Below are positions 1-10,746 of a stretch of 64,000 bases of DNA, piece after piece (position 1 is the stretch's first letter; each line of letters opens with the position of its first letter). The stretch is taken from NCBI GenBank assembly GCA_035623825.1, contig DASPSR010000060.1, positions 13,954 through 77,953 of the forward strand, given 5' to 3'. The notes beneath the pieces were generated by a model. It was not told where the DNA came from. It ran no database searches and worked only from the letters and a program-made list of their open reading frames with translations. This DNA comes from Nitrospirota bacterium (lineage in GTDB: Bacteria; Nitrospirota; UBA9217). A program made the translations under genes and the position numbers.

Positions 1-261
1 GCAGAATCGAACTGGGCAAAGGACCATCCGCGTCGGACCCAGGTAAACAAGCGGCTGAAAAATCAAAATAATCGTATCAACGCGAAAGTCAAAAATGGGG
101 ATATGACGAAAGCCGAAGCCAAGAAACTCCATCATGAGGACAGGAATATCCGACAGGAAGAGCGGTTAATGGCCAAGCAGAATGGCGGTCATATTACCAA
201 GCAAGAACAGCGCACGCTAAATCAGCAGGAGAATCAGGTCAGCAGGGAAATCGGGAAATGA
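1..261 (+). CDS. 3' part of a conserved hypothetical, probably secreted protein (5'-truncated by window edge)
   Basis: Frame 1 open to TGA at 259-261; translates AESNWAKDHPRRTQVNKRLKNQNNRI...QNGGHITKQEQRTLNQQEN; not in ORF track because start lies outside. Confidence 0.75.
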   Translation, partial: AESNWAKDHPRRTQVNKRLKNQNNRINAKVKNGDMTKAEAKKLHHEDRNIRQEERLMAKQNGGHITKQEQRTLNQQENQVSREIGK

Positions 262-383
262 CCTTGTGCTTCTTCTGAAACACACATGACGTCGAGAATA
301 AATCAGATAAGGATTTAAAGCTGAGTGTGTGCGAGTGATGCCTGAAAAGGTATGTTCAGAGGCTTGCGATCATTGAGCAGGTA

Positions 384-401
384 GGGGGCCTCACGGCCCC
401 C
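384..401. terminator. GC-rich hairpin between convergent genes
   Basis: GGGGGCC-TCAC-GGCCCCC perfect 7-bp stem; weak U-tract. Confidence 0.45.
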
Positions 402-520
402 GTCTTTACCACGACTAGTGCAAAGCAGCATTAACCAATTTATAAGGGTTAACCAGCCGTGTCGTTGGATGTCTTTGCTGGTTCTCCCCCATATTCTTAG
501 GACGGACAGTTCAATGGAAA

Positions 521-721
521 TTAACTCTTTTTCTCTTCTTTTTGCCCGCTGGATTTGGGCTCATCTTTTGGCTCTTCTTCCCTCGATATGGCTTTCTTAA
601 ATGCTCTTATACTTTTCCCTAATCCTTCCCCAATTTCTGGCAGCCTTCCGGGGCCAAATATGATCAATACGATAATAAGAATAAGAAGCAAATGCATCGG
701 TCGAAAAAGTCCTTCAAACAT
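521..721 (-). CDS. tatA: Twin-arginine translocase TatA/TatE subunit
   Basis: TM helix followed by [23 protein letters not shown]; SD GGAGG upstream. Confidence 0.92.
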   Translation of the reverse strand: MFEGLFRPMHLLLILIIVLIIFGPGRLPEIGEGLGKSIRAFKKAISREEEPKDEPKSSGQKEEKKS

Positions 722-799
722 GTCACGCCTCCTTTAGAGAAAACCAGTTTAATCTTACGCTCTGGTTTGTTCAATACCGCTCATTACGCAAAAGCGAGA

Positions 800-1035
800 T
801 CATTTTAAACCTTTTCGATCCCGTTCTGCAAACACTTCTTTTGCCACAAAATGAGCCATTCACTGCCGCTGCAAAAACCGGCGTAGACCGCCATTTGGAT
901 TATCAATCCAACAACTTTCTTCCGCGTGAGACCGTCGTTGAGCGCCCCGCGCCCCGTGAAAGTGCACCTTCAACTGCGGTCGTGCATCCCCGTGCGATGC
1001 AAGGGCGACGATGGCGCGATCTCGCGGTACAGCAC
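800..1035 (-). pseudogene. Frameshifted, 5'-truncated carboxymuconolactone decarboxylase (CMD/AhpD-like) family remnant
   Basis: Pieces in changing frames read REIA / PQLKVHFHGA / LNDGLTRKKVVGLIIQMAVYAGF / AAVNG / AKEVFAERD-stop; includes GGGGCGC duplication. Confidence 0.75.
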
Positions 1036-1117
1036 TATCGAACCCGTGATGTCGTGACGGTTCTTATTGTCCACGCGGACCGCGTTCTGACACTAGACAT
1101 TTTGCAGCGATGGTCGA

Positions 1118-1354
1118 TCATGGCAAATGATGCTTAAGAGGAGGACCACGCCGCTTTTTCAAGGCTAATCTGCAGGTTGCATCAACTATCGCGTCGGCTT
1201 CATCCTTGCTCATACCGTCCGTCTGATAGTAGATATAGTCGTCGACCATATCGCACAGTTCCTTGCGAGAAATATCCGGCTTCAATTCAAGAACTTCCTC
1301 CTCAAACAACTTGGCAGCTTGAGGTGCCGTCTCCTTCTTTTCTATCCTGTTCAT
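1118..1354 (-). CDS. Small hypothetical protein
   Basis: 78-aa ORF with SD GGGAGG and protein-like composition. Confidence 0.6.
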   Translation of the reverse strand: MNRIEKKETAPQAAKLFEEEVLELKPDISRKELCDMVDDYIYYQTDGMSKDEADAIVDATCRLALKKRRGPPLKHHLP

Positions 1355-1522
1355 AGCGCCTCCCTTACGGCCCGCTTTCCGGCGAAAAACGCCGCCGACT
1401 GCGGATGCCCCGCATATTAGGAAGACATCTCATGTCTTTCATCCTAAACCCATCACATTTCATCATGAGCCAGGTAAACCTTCACAAACACAGACGCAGA
1501 TCTGTCATACTATTCGAGCCGG

Positions 1523-2185
1523 CTAAGCCGCACTCCTTGACCCGGCAAGCTTTATATTTAATTTTTTCCTGATCTCCCTCGCCGAGGCGCTCGTTGCATA
1601 CACAACTGTCCCCACATCGAATAATTTTGATGCGCTCAGGCCTCCTACGACAACGGGGTCGAGACCCGCATGTTCCGCGAGCCTTCCAGCAACTTTCAAT
1701 CCCTCCTCGTCGTCGCTGGCTATCGGAATTCCGATCTTTTCACCTTTTTTGTTGACTGTTCTTTTGAGGTCTTCAAAATAAACAGTATTAAACGCTCTTA
1801 CTATTCTCGCGCCCGGCAGAAGACGGGCCACCAAGGTGCCGGTACCGCCCGGCTCTCTTCTTGCCTCTTCTGCAATCTTTCCATCTCTCTCAGGATAAGG
1901 ATTCGAGGTGTCGATGACGATCTTGCCCTTCAGGGCGTCTTTTGTCTTTGCGTCAAGGGCTGGCACTGCCTTCAAGGGAAGCGAAAGCACGATCACATCT
2001 CCAAATGCTATTGCCTCTGCGACGCTCCCAGCGCAGGCTTTAGGCCCAGCGGTCGTGACAAGGTCTTTGAGGGTTTCAGGATGTCTCGAGCTGAATAGAA
2101 TCTCGTGTCCCGCCCTTGCGAGAAGGATTCCGAGATTTCCCCCAATACGGCCTGATCCTACGATGCCGATCTTTTTTGTCTTCAT
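1523..2185 (-). CDS. NADPH-dependent F420 reductase-like NAD(P)-binding oxidoreductase
   Basis: GIVGSGRIG Rossmann motif, VIDTSNP, IVRAFNT. Confidence 0.88.
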   Translation of the reverse strand: MKTKKIGIVGSGRIGGNLGILLARAGHEILFSSRHPETLKDLVTTAGPKACAGSVAEAIAFGDVIVLSLPLKAVPALDAKTKDALKGKIVIDTSNPYPERDGKIAEEARREPGGTGTLVARLLPGARIVRAFNTVYFEDLKRTVNKKGEKIGIPIASDDEEGLKVAGRLAEHAGLDPVVVGGLSASKLFDVGTVVYATSASAREIRKKLNIKLAGSRSAA

Positions 2186-2584
2186 ACTTTTATCTCCTTC
2201 TTATTGCGATTGAGTATTGAACGCTCTGGATGCCTTTAGCTCTTCTAATTAAAAGATATCACTGCTTGAAAGAATATCAAGACAACTAAAGTATGCGTCT
2301 TTCAATTGGGCATGGCAATTCTACTGATTGGGCATTGGATGGGTCATGTATGGGGATGTAATAATTTTTAACTTGTTCCGGTCAATTGAAGAGATTGTCC
2401 CACGGTCCAAGGACGTTGCAGGTGCTCAATAGGTCCAATACGTCATATCACGCAGGTCGCACCACTATGAAGGGAAACTGTCTTAAAAAATCGACATGCA
2501 ATGCCGGGGGGTCTCAATTCGAAACAGATCCAATCATTTTTTTATAGCCCAACCCCTTCATGGTTGGTCATACGTTGGCAGCGT

Positions 2585-3151
2585 TTATTTAACACCGAAC
2601 AGGGTAAATGTATGGTCCGGCAGGAATGCGAAGATCCCCTCCGTGAAGTAACCTGCCTTCTCCATTGTCCTTACAATGACCTCCTGTGACGTATGGTGCC
2701 CAAACAAAGCGACAAAGCCGTAGCCCTTTTTTTTATGCTCGATGATAGCGACTTTCCCATCCTTCTTCACGTATTTTTTGAGATTGGCGAAGTAGTTCGC
2801 AGGTTCGGGAAGATGGTGAAACACGTTCCTGACGAAAACAAGGTCGACTCCGGCTACCGGCAAATCCATCTCGCCTTCCCCCGAGAGCGTGAAGACGATG
2901 TTATAGAGTCCCGCCCGCTCAGACCGGCGCTTGATAAAATCGAGATACTTCTTTTTGACATCAACCGCGTAGATGCGACCGGTCTTGCCTGTTTTTTGGC
3001 TGAGGGCGAGCGTGAAAAAACCTCCCCCTGACCCGATATCGGCAATTATCTGCCCTTCCCGAATCTGAAGACTTTCAATGACCTCTTCGGGCTTGCTCCT
3101 GGCTGACGCTGCTTCCCTGTTCAGCATTTTCAAAAAAAGAGAAGTGAACAT
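2585..3151 (-). CDS. Class I SAM-dependent methyltransferase
   Basis: IADIGSGGG motif I, YAVDV, FHHL. Confidence 0.88.
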   Translation of the reverse strand: MFTSLFLKMLNREAASARSKPEEVIESLQIREGQIIADIGSGGGFFTLALSQKTGKTGRIYAVDVKKKYLDFIKRRSERAGLYNIVFTLSGEGEMDLPVAGVDLVFVRNVFHHLPEPANYFANLKKYVKKDGKVAIIEHKKKGYGFVALFGHHTSQEVIVRTMEKAGYFTEGIFAFLPDHTFTLFGVK

Positions 3152-3299
3152 CGGTCGCTCCTGAGGTTTTTAAGTTCGATGTCGACGACATTCTCTAACA
3201 AAAGGCACAATTTATTCATACATCGTAATTTTCTTCATCCATTGACTCATAATGAAATGCGCTAACCCGATTTTTTCAAAACTCGTCTCGGTTGATGAA

Positions 3300-4220
3300 T
3301 CACTTAAACTCAAAAGTGATTCCGAGACCGATATAGGTCAGTCGATCGTTAAAAAATTGGCCGACAGGTGAAAATCCCTTATATCCTTCAAACAGAAAAC
3401 GAATTGACCGTCCTTGCGAATCTGAATCATCAAATTGTAAGCCCGCTTTAAATGATGTGTTCAATGGCCATCCATTCTCCTGAGTGCATTTCAGATCCAG
3501 ACCTCCAATGACCCGCCCCCCTAGCAGAAATCTATTCGTTCCGTAATATTCCAAGCCGCTTTGAATAGTGATCGGCCTATAGTTGCTCGGTTCCACCTGA
3601 ACCATATATTCGCCGCCGTAATAAATGCGCCACTTTGTCCACTCGTATGATCCTATGAAGTTGATTGCCTCATATGAAAATTCGATTCTTGTTATGCTGG
3701 TATGCTGCAAGTACTGATCTCCAATGTGGGAGCTCTGGTGATAAAAGTTAATCCGGTATGATACGGGCCCTTTCCGTAAAGTGAAAGGAAGACCGATGAA
3801 ATAATCGCTGTCCACCAGGTAAAAATATTTAATATCAAACTCGCTATAAATACCGCCGCTGATGTTCGTCTGCCAGCTGTAGCCCCCCCTGTTATTGATG
3901 GAACGATATAATCCAAAGATGTCCCCGAGACTGCCGGCGAATATTTCAGTACTTTGAGATATGTAGTAAGGGGCGTGCTGGTAGGGGCGGTAACTAAGAT
4001 AAAATCGAAGTTCCTTTGGGTCAGCAATTAGCGGTCGGAAAAGGTTACCCTCGGGCAAAAATTTAGTTTCATTCGGTTTTTCCGCCTCTCCAGAGAAGAC
4101 GTCCTGAGGCGAAGAACTTGCTGCAGATTTATCGTCCGCTTGTACGACGCCATAACTAAATAGCCATATTATCAAAGATAGAACCGTTATGATGCTAATA
4201 GATATAATTTTATGTTCCAT
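3300..4220 (-). CDS. DUF1207-like outer-membrane protein
   Basis: Signal peptide, LFRPLIADPKE, YHQSSHIGD, beta-strand pattern with terminal aromatic residue. Confidence 0.75.
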   Translation of the reverse strand: MEHKIISISIITVLSLIIWLFSYGVVQADDKSAASSSPQDVFSGEAEKPNETKFLPEGNLFRPLIADPKELRFYLSYRPYQHAPYYISQSTEIFAGSLGDIFGLYRSINNRGGYSWQTNISGGIYSEFDIKYFYLVDSDYFIGLPFTLRKGPVSYRINFYHQSSHIGDQYLQHTSITRIEFSYEAINFIGSYEWTKWRIYYGGEYMVQVEPSNYRPITIQSGLEYYGTNRFLLGGRVIGGLDLKCTQENGWPLNTSFKAGLQFDDSDSQGRSIRFLFEGYKGFSPVGQFFNDRLTYIGLGITFEFK

Positions 4221-4759
4221 GGCGCTTCAGGCTTCTATAACGTATTTTTTTTACGTCAATGAGGCAGCTTTACGTCCGCTCCAGCAAGAATACGTCGGGC
4301 ATGCATGCGAGCACCAAGGAGTAAACTGAACACGGACAGAAACCGTCAGAAAATCCCAAAAAAGAGATTTTTGAAAGAATGTTTTGCTTTGCGACAAACT
4401 TTATTATTACCTTAGCATAAAAAAAATAAATTACAAATGAGTATTCCTGGGGCCATTGCATAAAATAACAATAAATTGCAGGGGTTGATACACTCGTCGA
4501 TGTAAATTTTACATGCTTGATTACGATTATAGCAGTGAGGGAGGTGTAAAAGGATGCTACCCGATGTCTCGCGAGGAGTGCAACATAAGTAACCTATCTA
4601 GACCACCGGCCTATACGAAGGTAGCGCGGACCAAAAGGCCTTCCCTGGCCTCCGTCAAGCAATTCCTTCAGTCCAATTAGGAAAGATGCCCACGATGTGC
4701 TGCAGTGATGCATGTACTCTGCTTCACGCCAACCACAATGCTTGAAGAGCAGAATGAGA

Positions 4760-5020
4760 AAGCGGAAAAGGTCGCTTTGCCTACCATCTTCTGACCAGCG
4801 GGTCCGGGTGGTATCGCTTTACCCGGCAAATGGAGGACGAAGTCCGGTGCGAACAGCTGATCAACGATGTCAAGATTCGCCTTGTTCTTGAACTCCTCCA
4901 TGAAGCGCCGGACCACGGCCACCTTCTCGTCTCTAAAGTAAGCTGCCATCTTTGTCCAGTAGAACTCCGACCAGCCGCTGTTGATCTCATCGCCGATCAG
5001 CGCCGGAGCACCCGTAAACT
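4760..5020 (-). pseudogene. Internal fragment of an SRPBCC/SnoaL-like ester cyclase gene
   Basis: GWSEFYW followed by KVAVVRRFMEEFKNKANLDIVDQLFAPDFVLH, then loses similarity; no good start. Confidence 0.6.
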
Positions 5021-5284
5021 TGCTGATATCACACACCTGTTTTTTGTCAAGCCACGCTCTTCGCTTGCCTGTGAATAGTCATTTACCAGAGATCACAACA
5101 CTGTACTGTACTGCATTGCATTTTAGACGAGGACATGGAGGAGTTCTGCTTCCGGAGAGGAGGAATGTTGACGACAAGTCATTTCTTTGAAGTTAACGCA
5201 GTAACCGTGATATTGAACGTAGTTGCCGCTAGATTCCGCGGTTAAACGATCGAACCAGTCGATCAATGCAGAGTGACGTTTGTT

Positions 5285-6100
5285 TCATTTATCCTGGGCT
5301 ATGAGCCTCACCTCGCTCTGCGGGAAGGGTATGCTGATCCCTTTCCGAGCGAACTGTTCGATAATCGCCTGATTGACCTCTGTCTGCGCGCTAAAATAAT
5401 CGGGGACCGCCACCCAGGGCAGGATCGAGATGACAACTGATGAATCGGCTAGGCTGGAAACGCCGACAACAGGCGCGGGATCCTTCAGCACCCTCGGGTT
5501 CTGGTCCAGGATCTCATTGATGGTCGCTATGGCGAACTTGACATCGGCATTGTAGGCAACGTTTACCGACAAGCTCATTTGGCGGATCTTGCCGTAGTTA
5601 TGCAGGATTTCCCCAACGATCTTGCGGTTCGGCACCACCACCCGGGATTTATCCGCATGCAGCAGGGTCGTGGAAAACAGGGATATATCCTGGACCTGGC
5701 CATAGACGCCCAGCAGCTCAATGTATTCTCCGACCGTAAACGGCTTGCTGAAGATGATGTTGAGGCCGGCCACGAGATTGCCTAGGACGCTCTGCGTGGC
5801 CAAGCTGAGCCCTACGCCGGCGACGCCTATACCAGCGAGCAGCGGGGTGATTTGAATGCCCATCTGGCCCAGCGCCATGACGACAAACCCGGCAAATACA
5901 ATGAGCCGCAACAACTTGGTGATCAACTGTCGGACCTGCGGTTCGAGCTTGTGCTTTTCAAGCCAGCGCTGAACGACATTTCCCACCCATCGCGTGCAGA
6001 AAAGACCAGCAACTATGATGACAATCCCAGTTACTATCTGCATGCCGTGTTCAATGAAATACATCACAAGCTTGTCGGTTATTTCCGCGGATTTAATCAA
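5285..6100 (-). CDS. mscS: Small-conductance mechanosensitive channel
   Basis: LLAGIGVAGVGLSLATQSVLGNLVAG, KPFTVGEYI, VVVPN, GISIPFPQ; TTG start with GGAGG. Confidence 0.92.
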   Translation of the reverse strand: MIKSAEITDKLVMYFIEHGMQIVTGIVIIVAGLFCTRWVGNVVQRWLEKHKLEPQVRQLITKLLRLIVFAGFVVMALGQMGIQITPLLAGIGVAGVGLSLATQSVLGNLVAGLNIIFSKPFTVGEYIELLGVYGQVQDISLFSTTLLHADKSRVVVPNRKIVGEILHNYGKIRQMSLSVNVAYNADVKFAIATINEILDQNPRVLKDPAPVVGVSSLADSSVVISILPWVAVPDYFSAQTEVNQAIIEQFARKGISIPFPQSEVRLIAQDK

Positions 6101-6225
6101 AACGACCTCCTTATATTTCAGCGTCGCTACGAGATTATGCCGGTTGTAATGCTGAATTCCAGGATAATGACACAGTCACGGAACCGGTCGTCGGTTAAAG
6201 CTTAGCTCGCTTTTTTTGTCATCTT

Positions 6226-6702
6226 TTATCTTGTCCATGTCGTCGTCCTACCGAGGAGAGAGATGCCGATGAAGCCCCTCAAATTCAGTTGGTTCGGAGA
6301 CACGAGCGTCATCTTTCCGCTGTATGTTTTGCCGTCATCCGGATTGTAAAGCTTTCCTCCAGTCCATAAGTTGTCTCCGGCAAACGTGAAGTCATAAAGG
6401 ATCTGAAGACCAATGATAGGAGTTTTTCTCAGCCCCGGGTTCGGATTATTATGATCGAGCACCGGTGTTCCTGGCGTACCCTCCTTCGAATCAGGAGGAT
6501 AGTATGGGTCCTTGGACCAGACAATTTTACCGCAATATTTTTCGCCGCACCTATAGATCATTATCTTTGCTTCTTTTCCCTCGGTGTTCCACACTCCCAG
6601 AATTTCTTCCGATCCGGCAGCGTGGGCTGACGTCATGGCGATCACCAGACCCACAAAATATGAGAATATCCTCTGCCCTCTATTGCGCTTGGAAACTATC
6701 AT
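6226..6702 (-). CDS. DUF2147 family exported protein
   Basis: ILGVW, CGKIVW, DHNNP, GGKLYNPDDGKTY, LRGFIG..LLGRTTTWTR. Confidence 0.88.
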   Translation of the reverse strand: MIVSKRNRGQRIFSYFVGLVIAMTSAHAAGSEEILGVWNTEGKEAKIMIYRCGEKYCGKIVWSKDPYYPPDSKEGTPGTPVLDHNNPNPGLRKTPIIGLQILYDFTFAGDNLWTGGKLYNPDDGKTYSGKMTLVSPNQLNLRGFIGISLLGRTTTWTR

Positions 6703-7022
6703 CGTTCAATGTCTCCCAAAAGTTGAAGATTTCAGGAATTCGGGCTCCTCGTTCTTGATCGTCAGGTACCGTATGACTGAAGTATATAGAAATGTACATT
6801 GAAGATAAAGTGAAAAATTGAGGTTTCTTGGGCAAATGCTGATGGTCTCTGAATACAGCTCGATTATTTCTGAGAAACAGAGCCACGGCGAATCACTAGA
6901 TGCATAATGTGGGAAAAGTTTCGTTCAGAATCCATTATTCTCCGCTCCAAGGCACGTCTCTCAGCGCCTTTTCAACGGAGCATGTGAGACCATCGTGCCA
7001 AACTAGGGGACGTGTCCGGAGG

Positions 7023-9569
7023 TCACTGCTGCCATAAGATAAGCGTTGTTTCGAGAGGGACCGCAACACCAGCGCGGAATGGTATTATCCGGGCGGTATA
7101 ATCCACAGGCGGCCGTGTCCCTGGAACCGTCCCGCTGTAGAGATAGCCGTTTTCGGCCCCCACAAGCCGCCTCCCCCTCTTCAGCTCTTTTCGCACTGGC
7201 TCACTTCCGTTCAGGCCGTTGGCAAACAGTTCAACGCGCACAGCTTCGGCACTGATGCTGTTGAAATAAATCTGAATTGTAAATACGTGATGTTCACCGC
7301 GAGTATCTACCGTCACTTCGCCAAAGTGCAGGTTAGCCCAGTTTTCCTTCAGTGAACGGTCCCATTTGACCAGTTCGGAACCTTTCGCGCCCTTTTCTAC
7401 TGCGCGTCCGCGATAGGCGGCCGCGGCAGGGATGTAGTACTGCTCTGTATACTCCTGAACCGCCCGGTGAGCGGAAAATTGCGGAGTCAGCCGTGCCATA
7501 CTTTCGCGAATTCGTGCCACCCAGCCGACTGGGATGCCGCTTTCCTCGCGCTGGTAAAACTCGGGGACCACCCCTTGTTCAAGCAGCGAGTAAAGTTCCT
7601 CGGCCTCGGCGGCGTCCCAGGTGGGATCATCGCCGTGTTCCCGACCGTCGCCCAACGCCCACCCCACTTCCGGCGAATACGCTTCCGCCCACCAACCATC
7701 CAGCTCCGACAGATTGAGCCCTCCATTGACGAGCACCTTCATGCCGCTCGTTCCGCAGGCCTCCCAGGGTCTCCGTGGCGTGTTGATCCAGACATCCACA
7801 CCCTGCACAAGCTGCTCGGTCAGGAGCATATCGTAGTCGCTCAGGAAGACCACATTTTTGCGCGCGTCGGGACGCCGGATGAAGCGCATCCATTGTTCGA
7901 TCATTTCCTGGCCCGCCCGATCCGCCGGGTGGGCTTTTCCGGCAAGTATGAGCTGCACGGGACGCTGCGGATTGGAGAGTATGCGAAGGAGTCTCTCCGG
8001 GTCGTGAAGCAGTAGGTTCGGCCGCTTGTATGTAGCAAAACGGCGTGCGAAGCCAAGAGTCAATGTGTTGCCGTCAAACACATGGTTTGCATTTTCCAGT
8101 TCTTCGGGAGAAGCGCCGGAAACAGAGAGTTGTCGGAACAGCCTTTTCCGAACTAATTCAATGAGGGATTTCCGAGCGGACGAGCGGCATTCCCAGAGCT
8201 GGTAATCCGGCACCCGGCGTATCTTTTCCTCCAGGATCTCTACGGTACCCAACCATCGTTCCTTTCCGCAACTTTGGGTCCAGAGCTCATCGGCTTCCTC
8301 GGAATCCCATGAAGGCATATGAACCCCGTTCGTGACGTGGCCCACCGGCACCTCGACCCGCGGCCAGTGAGGGAAAAGCGGCTGAAAAATACCCCGGCTC
8401 ACTTCTCCATGCAAACGGCTTACTCCGTTGACTGCGCCGCTGCCCCGCACGGCAAGATAGGCCATATTGAATTCTTCCGAATGATTATCGGGATTCTCTC
8501 GGCCGAGAGCGAGGAAATCTTTCATAGAAATGCCGAGGCGGTCGACGGCAAACCTGCCGAAGTACTGCTCAATGAGTGCTGGCGAGAACCGGTCGAAACC
8601 CGCTGCTACCGGGGTATGCGTGGTAAAAAGATTGCCGGCGCGGCTCACGGCAAGTGCGACCTCGAAAGGCCGGCCGGTCTCCTCCATAAACGATCTGGCC
8701 CGCTCCAGGACCACGAACGCCGCGTGTCCCTCATTGAGATGGCATACTTCGGGTTTAATGCCGAGCATGCGGAGCAGACGCCACCCGCCCACTCCGAGCA
8801 CCAGTTCCTGCTGCAGCCGCAACTCCGGTCCGCCCCCGTAGAGCTCGCTCGTTATGCCCCGATGGGCAGGGAAGTTCGCCGCGTCATTGCTGTCAAGCAG
8901 GTAGAGCTTCAATTTGCCTATCTCGACCTGCCAAGCGCGCAACCAGAGGGAGTACCCCGGCAATTTCAGCTCCACTCGCAACCATTCTCCGTTCTTTTCG
9001 CGCAAGGGCATGATCGGCAATTGGCTGGGATCGTTGTACGGGAAAAAGGCTTGCTGCACGCCGTTCCGGTCAATGACTTGTCGAAAATAACCCCGCTGAT
9101 AGAGCAGTCCGACGCCCACCACCGGCACACCCAGGTCGCTTGCGGCCTTGAGCTGATCGCCGGCGACGTTGCCGAGACCTCCCGAATAGATGGGAAGCGC
9201 CTCGCTCAGCATGAATTCCATGCTGAAATAAGCCACGGAACTGAGCGGGGAACCGGAGTGCTTCTTCTGAAACCATCCGGCTAACTTCGCCGCATTGCGT
9301 TTTGCACGAACGAGGCGGCCGACCTTCTTGCGGAATGAGGGATCGGCCGATGCCTGTTCGAGCCGTTCACGCGAGACGGTTTGTAGCACGACCCAGGCGT
9401 TGTGGGTGAGATCCCAGAGCTCCGGATCGAGCTGCTGCCAGATCTCGTCCGCCTCATGATTCCACGACCAGCGCACATCCAGAGCGAGCTCCGCAAGGGA
9501 CTCGAATCCCTCGACATCGGCGTGGAGAAAAGAGTGCAGACGACTGATGGCTTTTCGCGGTTTTTTCAT
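7023..9569 (-). CDS. glgP: Alpha-glucan phosphorylase
   Basis: AYFSMEF, YSGGLG, HLNEGH, FARRFATYKR, EACGTSGMK (PLP lysine). Confidence 0.96.
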   Translation of the reverse strand: MKKPRKAISRLHSFLHADVEGFESLAELALDVRWSWNHEADEIWQQLDPELWDLTHNAWVVLQTVSRERLEQASADPSFRKKVGRLVRAKRNAAKLAGWFQKKHSGSPLSSVAYFSMEFMLSEALPIYSGGLGNVAGDQLKAASDLGVPVVGVGLLYQRGYFRQVIDRNGVQQAFFPYNDPSQLPIMPLREKNGEWLRVELKLPGYSLWLRAWQVEIGKLKLYLLDSNDAANFPAHRGITSELYGGGPELRLQQELVLGVGGWRLLRMLGIKPEVCHLNEGHAAFVVLERARSFMEETGRPFEVALAVSRAGNLFTTHTPVAAGFDRFSPALIEQYFGRFAVDRLGISMKDFLALGRENPDNHSEEFNMAYLAVRGSGAVNGVSRLHGEVSRGIFQPLFPHWPRVEVPVGHVTNGVHMPSWDSEEADELWTQSCGKERWLGTVEILEEKIRRVPDYQLWECRSSARKSLIELVRKRLFRQLSVSGASPEELENANHVFDGNTLTLGFARRFATYKRPNLLLHDPERLLRILSNPQRPVQLILAGKAHPADRAGQEMIEQWMRFIRRPDARKNVVFLSDYDMLLTEQLVQGVDVWINTPRRPWEACGTSGMKVLVNGGLNLSELDGWWAEAYSPEVGWALGDGREHGDDPTWDAAEAEELYSLLEQGVVPEFYQREESGIPVGWVARIRESMARLTPQFSAHRAVQEYTEQYYIPAAAAYRGRAVEKGAKGSELVKWDRSLKENWANLHFGEVTVDTRGEHHVFTIQIYFNSISAEAVRVELFANGLNGSEPVRKELKRGRRLVGAENGYLYSGTVPGTRPPVDYTARIIPFRAGVAVPLETTLILWQQ

Positions 9570-9678
9570 TGCTTGTCTCCTTCAAATCCGTCATTAGGGA
9601 TGATTGCCAATTGCATCCCAGCGGGTTTTCCCGCGCGAGGGTTTATGTTCACAATCCCTCCTTAAGACAATTGTTTAT

Positions 9679-10365
9679 CTACCCATTCCGTTCATCGCCG
9701 AGAAACGCAGAGAGATCACGGTGCATCAGGTCGCCGACATGCTCGATGGCGATGTCCGCAGGCGGGTACATGGCGATGCTTTCAAGGTCGAGCGCATAGT
9801 GTCCCTGGCGCGGAAAGACCGTCATCAGCCGCCCATCCCAGACTTTTTTCATGGCCGTGAGAATCCGCAGCTTATCGTCCACCATGATATACCGCTGCGC
9901 GGGGTAATGCCGCTCAACATCGGCCAGCATCCTCTCTTTATGAATGTAAATGAGCACGCGTCCCTCGACGGCGTCCCACAACCCCGACCGCTGCACTTTG
10001 CGCGGTTGAAAGACAACGTCGCCGTCGGACAGGATGACAGTTGTTCCCCACTCCCGTACATGGTCAAGAACCGCGAGTGCGCCGGGGTACAATCGATCAG
10101 CGAAGGGGTAATCCACCAGGAATGAAGACATCGTCAGCAGACGGGGATCGCAGAGGTCATCGAGACGGAAACGCTGCAAGGCCCCCAGATAATCGGCATA
10201 GCCGAGTTCGGCTCGCAGCTCTTCGAAAATGGCGAAGTACCGGTTTTCGATTTCAGACCCGAACTCGCTTTCAAGATGTCGCCGGAAATCTCCCTCCACG
10301 CGGTCGTTGTCGAGCAGCGTGTTATCGACGTCGAACAGGAATACGATGCCTTCCGATTGTTTCAT
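9679..10365 (-). CDS. HAD-superfamily hydrolase
   Basis: FLFDVDNTLLD motif I, LSDGD, MVDDK. Confidence 0.88.
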   Translation of the reverse strand: MKQSEGIVFLFDVDNTLLDNDRVEGDFRRHLESEFGSEIENRYFAIFEELRAELGYADYLGALQRFRLDDLCDPRLLTMSSFLVDYPFADRLYPGALAVLDHVREWGTTVILSDGDVVFQPRKVQRSGLWDAVEGRVLIYIHKERMLADVERHYPAQRYIMVDDKLRILTAMKKVWDGRLMTVFPRQGHYALDLESIAMYPPADIAIEHVGDLMHRDLSAFLGDERNG

Positions 10366-10746
10366 CGCATTTCTCCGCAGCTAGAGAGCATACAGACACT
10401 TAAATTATAGCTCGTTCCTTATCAAATCTTGAGGAGAATAAAGTCGTATGAACTAGGGAGAATAATCCGAGACGTGATAAATACATTTATCGTCCGCCGA
10501 TTGCGGACCGTGATTTGCGGCGCTCTGTCCCCCACTAATTGTATTTTTGTCCTCATTGGTTGCGGTTGTCAATTGAGCCAAAATAGCAATCTTTTGGTGT
10601 GCTGCTCCATTATTACAACGTTGGTCGTACGATGACGCCTCTCTATGATGGCAAGACTTCTCGTAGAGACGGGTTTTTACGGATTCGTTCTTAAGATTTC
10701 GAGACCGTGTTAAAATAATAATAGACATATTCTTGGAGGCTTAACC

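Noticed and set aside
378-415. Resemblance to the reverse complement of a group II intron 3' end
   Set aside because: Only a hairpin is present; no domain V sequence or reverse transcriptase, and a terminator between convergent genes is simpler.
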